Below are positions 1 through 14,082 of a DNA stretch of 64,000 bases, piece after piece. The notes beneath the pieces were generated by a model. It was not told the DNA's origin. It worked only from the letters and a program-made list of their open reading frames with translations, and did no database searches. The stretch is from positions 67,890,001 through 67,954,000 of the forward strand of contig OX597819.1 in NCBI GenBank assembly GCA_951406725.2, written 5' to 3'. Within the stretch, counting starts at the first letter, position 1. Each line of letters opens with the position of its first letter. A program made the translations under genes and the position numbers. Origin of the DNA: Octopus vulgaris. Lineage: Eukaryota.

Positions 1-69
1 GTTCTCTAGATGATGGAAAGACACCGTAATGAACACAGTCTAATTTACTTATTTTTACTTGATACTACC

Positions 70-237
70 AATAGCATCGACCCCAGGGCTGAATTGGTAC
101 TTAACTTCATCAAACCTGAAAGGAATGAAAAGCAAAGCCGACCTCTTTCAAATTTCAACTGAGAACGCAAAGCAAAAAGAAATGCTACGTAGCGTTTTGC
201 CCGACGTCGTAGCGATTCTCCCAGCTCACCGTCTTAT
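70..237 (-). mobile_element. tRNA-derived SINE, family A (degraded)
   Basis: Reverse complement resembles the copy at 36432-36728 (ggcggtgagctgg..agaatcg head, ttctcagttgaaatt, aagtacca). Confidence 0.65.
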
Positions 238-711
238 GGAAACATCTAACATTAATTAACACATGTTTATATCAAATATCTAAAATATTTATTAGGCTTG
301 CGTCAGTAGACTAACAAATAATGTTAGTCAAAGAATAACATTTTTGAAGCTTTCACAATTACAACGAAGAGGACGCACGAGTTTCGCCTATATAATTAAA
401 TTAAGATAATCAAATATGTTAGCTAAAGTCATTGTATCTATTGAGATGCCAAAAGAGGACACTCGTGTAATTTATGTATGCATATGCATTTATAAGTTGT
501 AAGATGCAGATGAGATACTAATGGAAACTCTATTACATAAATGAGGCTTATATCTTTTTTTCTTTCTTATCAAGGAAAATGAATTGAATTTGGACACAAA
601 CTAGCAAATGCAAATTGAATGATCGAAAATTATACAGTAAGTTAGATAAAAGAAACGTTGTTTTGACTATTCTCATATAATCATTACCTAATCATTATTC
701 ATTACTTAAGG

Positions 712-1207
712 CAGTGGTTCCCAACCTTTTCATACTGGTGCCCAGCTCTTTCATTAAAATGAGTTTTCCCACGGCCCCCTTTTAATATGCTTATCCTTAT
801 GTGTGTGTGTATATACATACATACGTACATACATATATATATACATATATACGACCCTTTAGAATTGGAATTTTTGAAAAGTAAAAATTTTGCATCAGGT
901 AGCTTGTTATTCTCTTGAAGTGAACATTTTTCTTGTTGAAATACACTGTAAAATAGCGACATATCGTTCCAAAAATCGTACAAAATAGGGATTTTCATAG
1001 AAAAAAAGCACCTTTATGATGTAAATAATATTGGGTCTTAACATGATCCGATTTGAATTATTTTTTCTACAAAATGAAGGGCAAGCCTTCTTCTATCATA
1101 CTACCAATTTTGGTCAACTTGCGCCGCAGGGTCTCGGAGGAGATAGTGTTAGTTGAAGGCTACCAAACCTGCCATACACAGACAACTTCAGTTTTATATA
1201 TATGCAT

Positions 1208-1255
<48 letters not shown>

Positions 1256-1278
1256 ACATACATACATACATACATACA

Positions 1279-1309
<31 letters not shown>

Positions 1310-1930
1310 CGTGCTGTTTTAGTCATAAGATGACGCCATCCCATTGGCCAGGCTGACAGGCCAGCATTTTGTTGGATGGCTGTTGAATGTTCAAAAGTTC
1401 GTCCACCCTTTCATGGTTCTTATTTTTCACCCCACGGGATGTCCAACAGCACCCTCTTCACCAAGGAAGCCAGGTTGGGTTGTTAGTTTAGTCGCCGACG
1501 ACCCGACCATGCAACAGGTTTTACTGGATTAAATGTTACCAGTAGCACTCTAAAGGTGACCTTAACAAGATACCTTACATGCTGGAAAGAGCAGTTAAAA
1601 GTCAAACCACGAATAAGAGCAATTTCAAAGGGAATGAAAAATAAAAACATTTTACCAGTTACCCCTATACCTGACATTCAACATCAATGTGCAATAAAAT
1701 AATTTACCATCCTCTTTTGTGTATAAAAACCTACACTACTTTATATGAAAAATATTGTCTGTTGACTTAATTACGCATGCTCGCCACCGGTAGAATATTT
1801 CTCTGAATTTTCTACCTTTATTATATTCATAGTCTATATGTATATATGAAATTTTGAATTTAGTTCAGGACACCCATGACTACATTTGCGGACCATCAGG
1901 GGTCCGCGGACCCCAGGTTGAGAATCATTG
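712..1930. mobile_element. Non-autonomous hAT (Charlie-like) element with nested microsatellites
   Basis: Imperfect TIRs cagtggttcccaacc (712) and ggttgagaatcattg (ends 1930). 8-bp TSD acttaagg (704-711) / agttaagg (1931-1938), 7/8 match. Subterminal ggggtccgcggacccc palindrome. Confidence 0.75.
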
Positions 1931-2066
1931 AGTTAAGGATTTGTACAGTGGACAGAGTATAGAGCTTAAAAACGATGACAAATTTACAAAAAAAAAATGG
2001 ACTCATACTAACGTAATGCATTAACATAAAACACAGATGCATACACACACACATACACACGCATAA

Positions 2067-2540
2067 TCCTTTTTACTATAGGCACACAGCCTGGAATATA
2101 TGGGAAGGTGGATAGTCGATTTCATCGATCCAATATGTTACTGGTACTTAATTTTATCGCTCCCGAAATGATGAAAAGCAATGTTGACATCTGCTGAATT
2201 TGAACTCAGAACGTAACGGCAGACAACATACCGCTAAGTATTTCGGCCGGCGTGCTGACATTGTGTTTAAATCTAGGACACAAAAAATCGGTTTCCCGGT
2301 TTCTATGGCGTATAAGCGACTAAGACAACATTTGCCCTGAATGCCATCACTTTTTGAAGGGTATGGGACAAGTCGCTTTCGTCGTCGACCTCAGTACTTG
2401 ACTTGTGCCTTATTAAGGACACGCGAGGCAAAGATAACTTCGGCGGAAATTGTACTCAGAAAGAAAAAAATTCGGTAGAGATACCCTTCTGTATTTTTTT
2501 TTTTTTGGTGTGCTAAAGATTCTACCCGTTCACTGCTTTA
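2067..2540 (-). mobile_element. Two adjacent degraded SINE family A copies
   Basis: Motifs ctggtacttaattttatcg, gaatttgaactcagaacgtaa and taccgctaagta recur in other family A copies. Confidence 0.65.
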
Positions 2541-2670
2541 ATAATATACAGAGCGTAATATAAAAATGCGCCAACACTTACAAAAATAATTAATAATTTT
2601 TCATATTTATTTCTTTATTGCCCACAGGGGGCTAATAATTTTTTATATTAACTGGATGCTAATTATGGCA

Positions 2671-3054
2671 GTGGAGGCGCAATGGCCCATTGGTTAGGGC
2701 AGCGGACTCGCGGTCATAGGATCGCGGGTTCGATTCCCATACCGGGCGTTGTGAGTGTTTATTGAGCGAAAACACCTAAAAGCTCCACGAGGCTCCGGCA
2801 GGGATGGTGGTGATCCCTGCTGTACTCTTTCGCCACAACTTTCTCTCACTCTTACTTCCTGTTTCTGTTGTACCTGTATTTCAAAGGGCCGACCTTGTCA
2901 CTCTCTGTGTCACGCTGAATATCCCCGAGAACTACGTTAAGGGTACACGTGTCTGTGGAGTGCTCAGCCACTTGCATGTTAATCTCATGAGCAGGCTGTT
3001 CCTTTGATTCGGATCAACCGGAACCCTCGTCGTCGTAACCGACGGAGTGCTTCC
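2671..3054 (+). mobile_element. tRNA-derived SINE, family D, full length
   Basis: A-box-like tggcccattgg and B-box ggttcgattccc. Exact 10-bp TSD aattatggca at 2661-2670 and 3055-3064. Homologous copy at 22697-23079 (-). Confidence 0.9.
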
Positions 3055-4236
3055 AATTATGGCATGAACATAAGAGAATGATATGCATTGAACGGTTTCT
3101 ATAGGACAGAGTGCATTAAGTTGTTTATTCTGACGGTCTGAGTTCTAATCTTATCTGGGGCTCATTTGCAATTCATTCTTAGAGGTGAGGGGTCAATAAA
3201 GTATCTGCTTAGAACTGTGGATTGGCTGAATGCTAAATGCTTACTCATTGTGTTTTAGGTTCAATCACCACCTACTGTAAACACGAAAACTGGTCCTTCG
3301 GCTATCGAGTAAAACCTTTGATGTACATAGTAGGTTCTTCAGTAAATAGTGAGGTATTTCAGCAACTGATCACTGTCAATGTTTGCACATCTTCTGGCAC
3401 AAGAAGATGAATGGAGACTCTTAAGTTCTGCCCACTTTGTATTGTTTCTTTTTTTCTGTTCAGAGTAAAAAGAAAATGAACAACTAAAAAAGAAATGAAA
3501 AATAATAAAGATAATACGTGCACCATTTTGAACACACCGCACATTGTGTCGCAAGAATTTATAAATTACAATGAATAAAGGTTAGATAATTGCTCCCTAG
3601 AATTAGGAATATATTTTAAATTTCTAATTTTAAAGTGAAAAAAATATCATAGGAAATATATAAAAATAAATATAAAACACAAAAAAACTGAGACCAAAAG
3701 AGTTGTTGTAGCAAATGAATGAAAGCCTTCTTGCCAGAAACTATTCACCTAAGAAATGAGACTACACTTAGTTAACTGCAGGTCATGTAGATATTGAAAG
3801 AAAAAACAAAACTCATTGTTTATGGAAGCTCTGTCTTAACATTAACAAACTTGACAAAATTGTAAATTCTATACACTGGAAAATATGGCAGAGTTGCGAA
3901 ATTCTGTTAGAAAAGAAGTCATATAAAGTACATAAGGCAATATTTCCGTATATGTCATAGCGACCATGAAATAGGATACAATACAGCACACGGAATATCA
4001 AGATGGTTCGTAATTGGATACAGAAGCAATTTTGATAATATCAGTTGCCTTAGGAATTTTTAAAATAATACAGGCGAATACAAATCGAAGCTATATATGT
4101 GCACAATTCATACAAAATATAGCTAACGGTTGTGCTGTAAAAATGTACACAAGAGTAATTCCCTGCATATGCACAAAACTTACAGAGTTGATCATAACTG
4201 CAAACGTTGCAACATATGACTGGAAGCAGGGACAGC

Positions 4237-4670
<434 letters not shown>

Positions 4671-4719
4671 TGATACTGAAAATGATTTACGCATATCATC
4701 TAAAATATAGTACATTACT

Positions 4720-5256
4720 CTATAAATTTGTTTCACGTGAATTGTTAGAAAGAATCACAAAAGTACAGCTCTCATTCCACAAAAAACTGTTCGCTGTGAA
4801 CTGCACAAACCCAGTTTTCAGGGGAGGGCTGCAATCAGAAACCCACTACTTTGAAAAACAAACGTTGCAAAGCGTTTAGAGTGGAGTGGAAACCTTCAGA
4901 ATTGGTCCCTAGAGCAGTGGAAGAATGTTATTTTCTCGGACGCGTCATCCTTCACTTTATTTCCGACCAACGGTCGAGTATTCGTATGGAGACAGCCAAA
5001 AGAAGCTTTTGAGCCCGACTGCCTTCTTCCAACTGTCAAAACATAGAGGGAGATTTTTTATGATCTGGGGGACTATATCTTGGAAATCCTCCTGTCCAAT
5101 GGTTTCCCTTCATCGCAGAAATAACAGTCAAGACTACTCAAACATTTTATCTGATCAAATTCATCCTATGTTTGCGGATCTGTTTCCGCAGGTAAACACG
5201 ATCATTCAGGATGATAATGCACCGATTTCCACAGCTAAAGTTGTTACTGAATGGCA
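4720..5256 (+). mobile_element. Tc1-like DDE transposase fragment (frameshifted)
   Basis: WKNVIFSDASSF followed by MIWGTISW...QDDNAPIS, matching the Tc1 catalytic motifs FSDES, WG and QDNAP. Confidence 0.85.
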
Positions 5257-6014
5257 TATTCATAATGTATATGAATCGAGTTATTTTAAGCAGTGATTGA
5301 AAATCAAAATTCGTTTTCATTTTGCCACGTATGAAGTGAACAAGAGACAGATTGCAGTTTCGAAGTTTTAAATATTTTTTGATTTTTATTGTTTGTTTTT
5401 CTTGAAATCAACAACACTGTCTCTATATTTATGAACACAAAAGTAACGAACATCAAATATTGCCCGTTTAATTTTGAATTTCGAAATATAATGGCATGAA
5501 TCAAATATCTATGTATATGCACTTCGTTCTTATACATTGTATAAGACATTAAACGACTTGCAGTGTGACATTTAAATTAAAGTCTTTTGATTAGGCAAAA
5601 CAGGTTAATAAGATCATTCGTTTGGTGACAGACATCAATGTACAATCAATGTCTCCAGTAAACAATTACTTTAGATGTGAAACCACTCATCTTTACGGCA
5701 ATATTTCTCTTCGACTTCATTTACAAATTTAGCTCTCATATGCACTTTGGACACATTTACAAAGACAACTCAGAAAAACGCGTATAGCGTGCCATTCAGA
5801 TTTCGCTAACAGAGAATGTTGTAATTAAAATGCTCCAGCTTGTATCGAAATCTGAAAACTTAATTTCTACTAAGCAGGGAACACGTGAAATGTACTTGAA
5901 ATTTTTTAGTTTTATTTAAAAACTGGAAAGATATTGCATGCAAAGGATGTTACTAATAAACGTATGAGATAGAAAAAAGAAAAAAATGCTTGTATTTATT
6001 TATATAGCTTTATT

Positions 6015-6130
6015 GCTCACGGAAGATCAAAAGTAGTCTCGACGGAATACGTGGCGTGAAATAAAAGAACTACTGGAAGCTAATCCGGCCCTTTTTCGAC
6101 GGTCATCACTTGTGACGAAAGCTTGTACTA
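6015..6130 (+). mobile_element. mariner transposase fragment
   Basis: Reads LTEDQK*SR...ELLEANPALF/TVITCDES (ITxDE motif). Confidence 0.6.
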
Positions 6131-6504
6131 GAGAATTTGCAGATGTCGAAGATGTGAAGAAAAAAAAACAGACAAGTTTATAATTGTTTTCCGCAAACGG
6201 ATCTTATTTTAGATTGGTGTATGTATTGGTGACGTCTTGTTTTCCTGATGGTCAAGTTTCTCGTTCTGTCTGGTTGACTTCTCTGTGGGGAAGTTCCTAG
6301 CCTTTCCAGTTGGTTGATTCTCTTAAAAGATCATTTTTGCCGTATTTTTTCGGTTTTAATCGGAAGCAAAATTTCGTGGGTCTAGAGTTTTCTAGGAGTC
6401 ATATCTCATACTTTTCTCTTATTTGCATGGCATAAAAGCGAACGAGATCACAACAGTCCCACTGAACAGGGTGCCGGTCCGTTGTGGACTCTAATCTCAG
6501 CAGT

Positions 6505-6678
6505 TTTCAAGGGAGAAGACAAATCGATTTCATCGATGTCCGTGCTCATGTGTTACTCAAATTTAGCGATCCCGAATGGATTACAGTGAAATTTGACCTC
6601 GACGGAAAATCCAGAGAAAACACCGCTCAGCATTTCGTTAAAAAATGTTTAACGGTTCTACCAGCTCACCGCCTCGTC
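6505..6678 (-). mobile_element. SINE family A (degraded)
   Basis: tcgatttcatcgat...gttctaccagctcaccgcct matches the reverse of family A. Confidence 0.6.
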
Positions 6679-7997
6679 TTTTCCTTGATATATCACTACT
6701 AATATATGGATAAATTAGTACTAAACAGACTATATCGGTACTGCATATTATTAGCTGAGCTAAACTTACAGATATTAATACAAATAGATGTATGGTATGG
6801 CATATCGCCTACAGAAAACTTACAACTATAGACGTCTCCATATACTGGTTAGTTAATAATTTAAGCATAATAGACTATTTGCATACAGCGTATAGCAAGG
6901 CAGACGAATTATCCTTGGGCACATCATAATTTGTAAAATTATTTCAGTTAAGTTGATCAAGGTCCGAACTAAATTTATTCTTCTGCTAAGATATAATTAA
7001 AGATTTGATGCTGTTTTATCTCTGTAACATGTAATCATCGATATGTGTTAGATTGTAATTACCTTGTATTCCGGAATGTCATGAAACTGGTCATAAATAA
7101 TTTATCGTTTCTACATATTGAGAATGCGTACGTCGGTCTGTATAAACGTAGGTATGTAAATATAAACAGAAGTGTGTGTGTGTGTGCGCACATTAAGAAT
7201 TGGTCTCTAGTACAGGTATTTCCAACTTGGCCTTCGCGGAGAAACAAACTATTATAAACAAGATAATATTATATGAAAACCTGCTTGTGTGTGTGGGTGT
7301 GTTTGTGTGAATGTGATTTGTAATTTCAGCATGGCGTGTGTAGGTGTATGCTTATATTCTGATAATAGAATCCCAATTAAACTTTTAAACACTGTAAGAG
7401 ATCATGAAGATAAGATATACATTAATATTGCATATAGTGGTATCATAATGAAACAGTAGGATGGTTGTAAGTGAGAAAATAAAAACATAACATTGAATTA
7501 CTTTAGATTATACACATGTTCACATAATATGAATTATCCATTGGATGAGTGCCTGATATATATCTTCTGGAAATTTGAACCTGTGCTCTTCTAATATAAA
7601 ACAAATTAATTTTAGTTACAACATATGCATTTACTGCATATTGGGTTATATATACACACAGAGACATGTAAATATTTTTATATTTGCCTAAAATATAATA
7701 ATGATATCTTCCAATTTTGTCTATATAACTGTAAAAGCAACAATTAACCCCCTTTATTCTTTACATTTATGGATTACATACTGTCGAGAAACGGAATTAT
7801 GCAACTTCTATCTACACAGAGTAATTAGGGATTCTTACAATAAATTTTAGCATGAATTTATATTATTTTTTCAAACGTTTTAGCCCAAATTGATACCCAC
7901 GCACTCCCATACCAATAACATTTTAAACAACACATTTATCATACGAATTTAAATAGTATCGCTATCATTCGATTGACTACACGAAAATTCATACATT

Positions 7998-8086
7998 TCT
8001 CTGACGAGTTGCTGTATTACCTAATAATGTTTATCAACGTTGGATTTCATTCGGAAGAGTAGTGCATTCATGAAACGATCGTAAGA
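7998..8086 (+). ncRNA. Minimal type-I hammerhead ribozyme motif
   Basis: tct-CTGACGA-(long stem II region)-GAAAC-gatc-GTA-aga. Stem/loop III is the palindrome ACGATCGT; stem I is tct/aga. Confidence 0.55.
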
Positions 8087-8205
8087 TATATCAAAATTTA
8101 TAAATAATCACACATTATATATGTATTTATTAATACAATATTAATTATATTATGGACGGACTTCTACTGTGATTTTTGTTATATAATTTTTCCTAATTTT
8201 ACTTT

Positions 8206-8272
<67 letters not shown>

Positions 8273-8314
8273 GGTCTACGTACGTATCTATACGCATATT
8301 TATATATGTCTATG

Positions 8315-8360
<46 letters not shown>

Positions 8361-8712
8361 CATATATGTATATGCATATATATGTATGCGTGTGTACGTA
8401 TATATATATGTACGTATGTATATATGTAAGTGTATATATGTATACATTATGTATGCATATGCACGTGTGTGTATATGCACGAACACGATAATGATGGTCT
8501 AAGTATTAATCTTCCTTTCAATTTCTACATACCTTTTACTTGGAGTAGCTACGACAGCGAAACTGATTACGTCATTATATCTAAGCATGGTACGAATGTT
8601 TTACAGGTATATACTTGAATATTTTTCTGCTTTTATTCATTCTCGAATTCGATGGTCATAGAATAATAAGCCAGCAGACACAAAAAATCTCTAGTGTGAC
8701 TTCTCTATCAAT

Positions 8713-8757
8713 GGACCTGAAGAAACTCAGACTGATGGGTCGAAATATATGTCGTAC
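8713..8757 (+). ncRNA. Type-I hammerhead ribozyme motif (slightly decayed)
   Basis: ggac-CTGAAGA-aactca gactga tgggtc-GAAAT-atat-GTC-gtac, followed by aataaa and (TA)n. Confidence 0.55.
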
Positions 8758-8799
8758 CTAATAAAAGTACAATACGAAATCCCTCTCCTACTATTAATT

Positions 8800-8855
<56 letters not shown>

Positions 8856-10640
8856 GTGTGTGTATGTATATAAGTACTTCGAGTTGCACTGCTTCCACAA
8901 CCTACGACTTCCGCAGTTAAAATATTTCAAGGTGATTTTGAAATGTTTTCATTGAGGAGGTTTTAGGTAAAGGATGCTTTTCCTAGTAAATATGACACAA
9001 TCCTGAAACGTTAGTATGGAATAATTTCAAAATATCACTGTTTGGTTTGATTTCATTATTATATACCATACTTCACATGCAATTATTCTATCAACGATTT
9101 GGAGTAGTTTGTTATGTGAAACTCTAGTCAAAACGTCTTCACGTTTTTCATTTTCACATTTTCTGTAAAACAACATCCTATGTTTAAAGATATGCACTGA
9201 AACTGAACGATTGATTGGAGGTAGATTACATGTTATATAAATCTGCAAATTTTTGGTATCTCTAAAGCATGAAACAATTACTAGGTCTTTAGTAAACTAT
9301 GTATATATATATATATATATGTACGTATATGATATGTATATGAGAAGAGAGAGAGAAAGAAAGAGAGAGAGAAAGATGGGAATCAGAAAAATACATATTT
9401 ATGCACATATGCATATATGTGTGTAAATGTGTGTAAATGTATATATACATTTATAGACAGATAGATAGATAGATAGTGAGATAGACAGACATGCATAAAT
9501 ACATATAGATACAAACGCACACACACTCACAATTATTTATCTATTCAAATCTTTCTTTCTCCTCCACTCATTCTATACATGTCTATACATATATGTACAT
9601 ACATACATACATACATATATATATATACATACATACATACATACATACATACATACATACATACATACATACATACATACATACTTACATATGTGTGTGT
9701 GTGCTTGCATCTATGTGAAATAACAGCCTCTTATGCGAATTTACAACCCATTAATGAAGAGTAAAACGTAACCAATATTTCAAATAGATTCTAAGATATT
9801 TCTGAAATAAAATATATATTGCTTCAAAGCTCTGTACAAAATAGCCATCCTTGTACAATGGAAGCTGGTTCACTTCTATTTAATTTGATTACCATTCTGT
9901 TCCAAGTAATATAGAATAATTTGCATGACAGGCGCAAAACTATAAAATTATGAACGTTTAAATGCTACTATATTACAATTTAGCATCTTCACAGTATGCT
10001 CTGATATTCTAGCGAATGATTGAGCATTGCTAAAGATTAGATATCAACGTATGGAAGAAATCTAATAAAGAGCTTATGTAAAATACACATATGTGTGCGC
10101 GCGCGTTAGCTTATGTATGTATTATATATATATATATTGCATTTTATTATATGTATGTAGGTCGTTCGGCAGCAGTTGAAGTCTGATGAGTTGTTTTCGA
10201 CGGGAAAGTCTCTCGCATATATACAGGAAGTTGTTTTTTAAAGCCCGGTAGAGAATGACTGTTGGTTCTGTATATATGAAGCGCTTAGCTCTATAGGTTT
10301 CTACTCAGGCTCAAATAGCTGGAGGCACATAGCCTCACTAAATCTGGAGGGAGGAAATCGTCATGTTCAGTTAATTTAGCAAACAAAAATATTTGGGTGC
10401 GAATCTCTGCTCGTGTAGTGTTAGACTAGGCAGAATAATTCCCCTACATTGGTATCATCTGTGTCGACAATGACTAGTTTGGAAACTATTAGTGTTTTCC
10501 AGTCCGGAAATGGAGAATTCAACATTTAAAACACAAATTTCCTCTGATGAGGGCATTGACAAAACACTTCATTGTTCGAGTTCACTCAGCAAGCAAAAAG
10601 GATTTGCACCATCAATTCAAATGGCCAATATTGTCACACG

Positions 10641-10814
10641 AATAACATGAATAGCGAAAGCGAAACCGGTCGATATATTAAAAATTATATTAAAACTATG
10701 TAAAGTGTGTGTATTTCTTATATATATATATATATTAGAAATACACACACTTTACATAGTTTTAATATAATTTTTAACATATCGACCGGTTTCGCTTTCG
10801 CTATTCATGTTATT
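10641..10814. repeat. Near-perfect 78-bp inverted repeat centred on a (TA)n tract
   Basis: 10641-10718 is the reverse complement of 10737-10814, with about one mismatch. Confidence 0.92.
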
Positions 10815-11290
10815 ATGGTTTGCTTATTTGAATATGTATTTTCTTAAGAAGAAATTTTTGTCCATGTTGTGTGTGATGACATTTACGAGTGAATGACAGT
10901 AGAAAAATAAAGAGAAGTAATTGGTTATCGTTATTATTGTTGTTATTGTGGGAAAGGGAGGTAGCTATTCAGCATTCGGTTAGGAGAGGGGAATATATAT
11001 GTATTCACAAAAAAAATGGTTTCGAAAAACTTGTTTAGTGTGGGGATATATGTATAGTGATGTAATCGTGAATTGAAATATGTAAAAACATAAATGTTGG
11101 TTATGCGTGCATATTAAGACGTGCTATGTATTTTCTTTCATTTCTTTAATCTCTCTTGTGGAGAGATTGTGTCTTTGCACTGGTAGAAGGGAAAGACTGT
11201 GAAGTTTGGCTCGATGTTATCTGCAAATTTTTCTGTATGTTCACTGAGATACAGACAAATTCCTCTCAGTGAGCATATAGAAACATGTGC
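10737..11290 (-). mobile_element. Penelope-like element 3' remnant (GIY-YIG C-terminus plus terminal repeat)
   Basis: LSEHTEKFADNIEPNFTVFPFYQCKDTISPQERLKK resembles the C-terminus of a PLE GIY-YIG endonuclease. The downstream part is homologous to 30540-30758 and ends in (TA)n. Confidence 0.6.
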
Positions 11291-11606
11291 AGATAATGCT
11301 ATCGCAATATTCCCGTCCACATACTGTGACCTGTTGCGCTGATCGGTGTGTGGAACAAAGGAAAAAGTGGATTAAAAGCGCTAAGCAGTGATGTATATAA
11401 ATGCATATTGTTACCAGTTGAAAAAGGCATGGGACACGTTAGAACCCGTATGAAAGCCATTTACCACTGTATTATGCCAGTCGTGAAAGATATTATGACA
11501 GGGGAAATACTGAAAAAGCCGATGGTTACAACGTAGTCGATGATGTTGATTTACGCAAACACACATACACTGACTCACATATATACATACATCACAGAGA
11601 TACATG

Positions 11607-11663
<57 letters not shown>

Positions 11664-12549
11664 GTGTGTGTGTGTGTATGTATGCATCTATAAGCATGTC
11701 TGTATATTTGTATTTCATTGGAGGTATGTATAAGTACACTTCTATACATACACACATACAAATCCCGTACAACGTACAATCTTTATGTATTAAAATGTAA
11801 TACGTATCAGCTCTGTTCCTATAGGATGTATTCCAGTTAACAAAATGCAATTAAAGCAGATGAGAAGGTGAGCATGCCAGTGAAGGAAAAGAACTGGTTT
11901 CTCGTCTGACTATAAGGTAGCGACCGCGGTCACGTGCATCTATATTATATATGCCTATATGCGTGTGTTTAACAGTGTGTGTGTGTGTGATTGTGTGCAT
12001 GTGTAGAGGGATATACGAAGACATAAATAACAGAGGGAGAGAGTGAACAAACATAAAACATTTGTTTCTCTAAAGTATCAGCTCAAGATAGGACCCAGAT
12101 GCTGCAGGTCCATGGTGAAGATGTTCTGGTTCGCCGTTGAATCCACAACTCATCAAATGTGAAGATGAATGTTGAGTGAGTAGTCTTAAGCTCATATATA
12201 TATATACATGTGTGTAATAACTTTAGTATTATAGTGATTGTAAAATAATTCCATGCTACCGAAACATATGTAGCATGAATTGAGCCGACTTCTATCTTTT
12301 TGTCTTTATATATTACATCACCCTCCACCCATTATAGATACAGTAAGTGCTGTTGCTGAAATTGGAGTTGCAGGGTATCTAATTTTTAAATGATTTAACA
12401 ATATTATATTACTCTGCTTGCTCTACTGACTGTAAAATATAATGAGAATATTTATCGATATTCCTCCTGAGTCGCCTGCTAGCCAAATAAACAGTGGATC
12501 ACTACTGAGATGATAACCACGATCGCTCATATCCGCACAATTTGATACA

Positions 12550-12934
<385 letters not shown>

Positions 12935-14082
12935 CGACAAATCTCTCATTTTGTCTTCAAAATACCCTGGACTGATATTCAGTTCCATCTTTCTACTCTC
13001 TTTCACACTACATTAAATGAAATTTATATATTTCTCTAAATTAATGCCCCATATTCCTCGATATAAAATCCCAAATCTACGAACATCGTCCTAATCAGTT
13101 TTCATTCCCAACAATCTAATACATTGATCGAGTTTATTAATAATTTTCTGATATTAATTTTATATAATACTATTAAAAACTATAATTCCTGTTCCTGAAA
13201 ATTTGATATTCTATCTTTAAACAGAATTTTTGCTGCTACACACATTTAATGCATTCGTTGACTTAATTCACACAGCTAATTTAAAATTTAATCACCAGCC
13301 GTATACCTGCAGAAATTTCAAAGTTTTTCAAGAGCTACTACTCCCACTGAAGCAACATTTAATCAAACTGTTTAATTTATTTAAATTTAATATTTGAATA
13401 AGTAGCCCAACAGTAATTCCGTTTCGTTCAATGGAAATTAACAGATTTACATAAACAGTAAACAGTGGACATGTTCCTTTTCTATTGCATTTCCTTTCAC
13501 AAGATTTTCCGTTTTAAATGTTACTCGTTATAGTGTGTATACGTTGCCTAAATTTTAAAATGTTCCCGTGTTCTGCCCACTGTTTCTTGTGAATCAAGAT
13601 TACAGAGAGTACTGTTTATGTGGATGTGTGGATTTGTTTGTGTATTTGTGAGTATGTAAAATTATATAAGGGCAGTCAAAGTTCATAGTGATTCTCTAGT
13701 GTCGCGGTTAGCACAGATATGCATCTATATAGGGTCTACAGGAATGTATTAACAATGATTCAATTTGATCGTCGATGATTTATAGAATACGATAATTGAT
13801 TTGACAGAGATCAGTACGCATCCAAAAATATTTTGTTGCTGAATTCAAAAAAGAAGAAAAACCAATCTTGTGTAGATTCATTAATTCGATGGTATTTTTC
13901 ACTGAGAAGACAAAACGAGGTCGAGACACCAGTATCTGATATATTGCTACGTCAATGAATCGAGTGATTTCAGCACACGTCATCTGAAAGGCGAAGAGGT
14001 CCTCTGAAATCTACTGGAATGTACTAAGAATGTAAATGTAGGTCTGCGTTTGGATTATCCATGATACGTTTTTATCTGTTTA

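Noticed and set aside
2671-2745. tRNA-like sequence with A and B boxes (also 48565-48640)
   Set aside because: These are SINE heads within TSD-bounded elements and lack a complete acceptor stem, so they are not tRNA genes.
3339-3480. Minus-strand polypyrimidine tract plus AG resembling a splice acceptor
   Set aside because: The downstream peptide is unrecognisable and no partner exon was found.
10184-10213. ctgatga-gttg tttt cgac-gggaaa as a hammerhead (also ctgacgag at 16922 and 19173)
   Set aside because: There is an extra gg before GAAA and no convincing stems I/III; the others lack a downstream GAAA core.
11348-11536. 62-aa ORF with protein-like composition
   Set aside because: No identifiable family; it lies next to PLE debris and is too short to call.
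12075-12180. Exon-like segment with ag/gt boundaries
   Set aside because: All three plus-strand frames contain stops; the DPDAAGPW resemblance to a kringle motif is too short to support.
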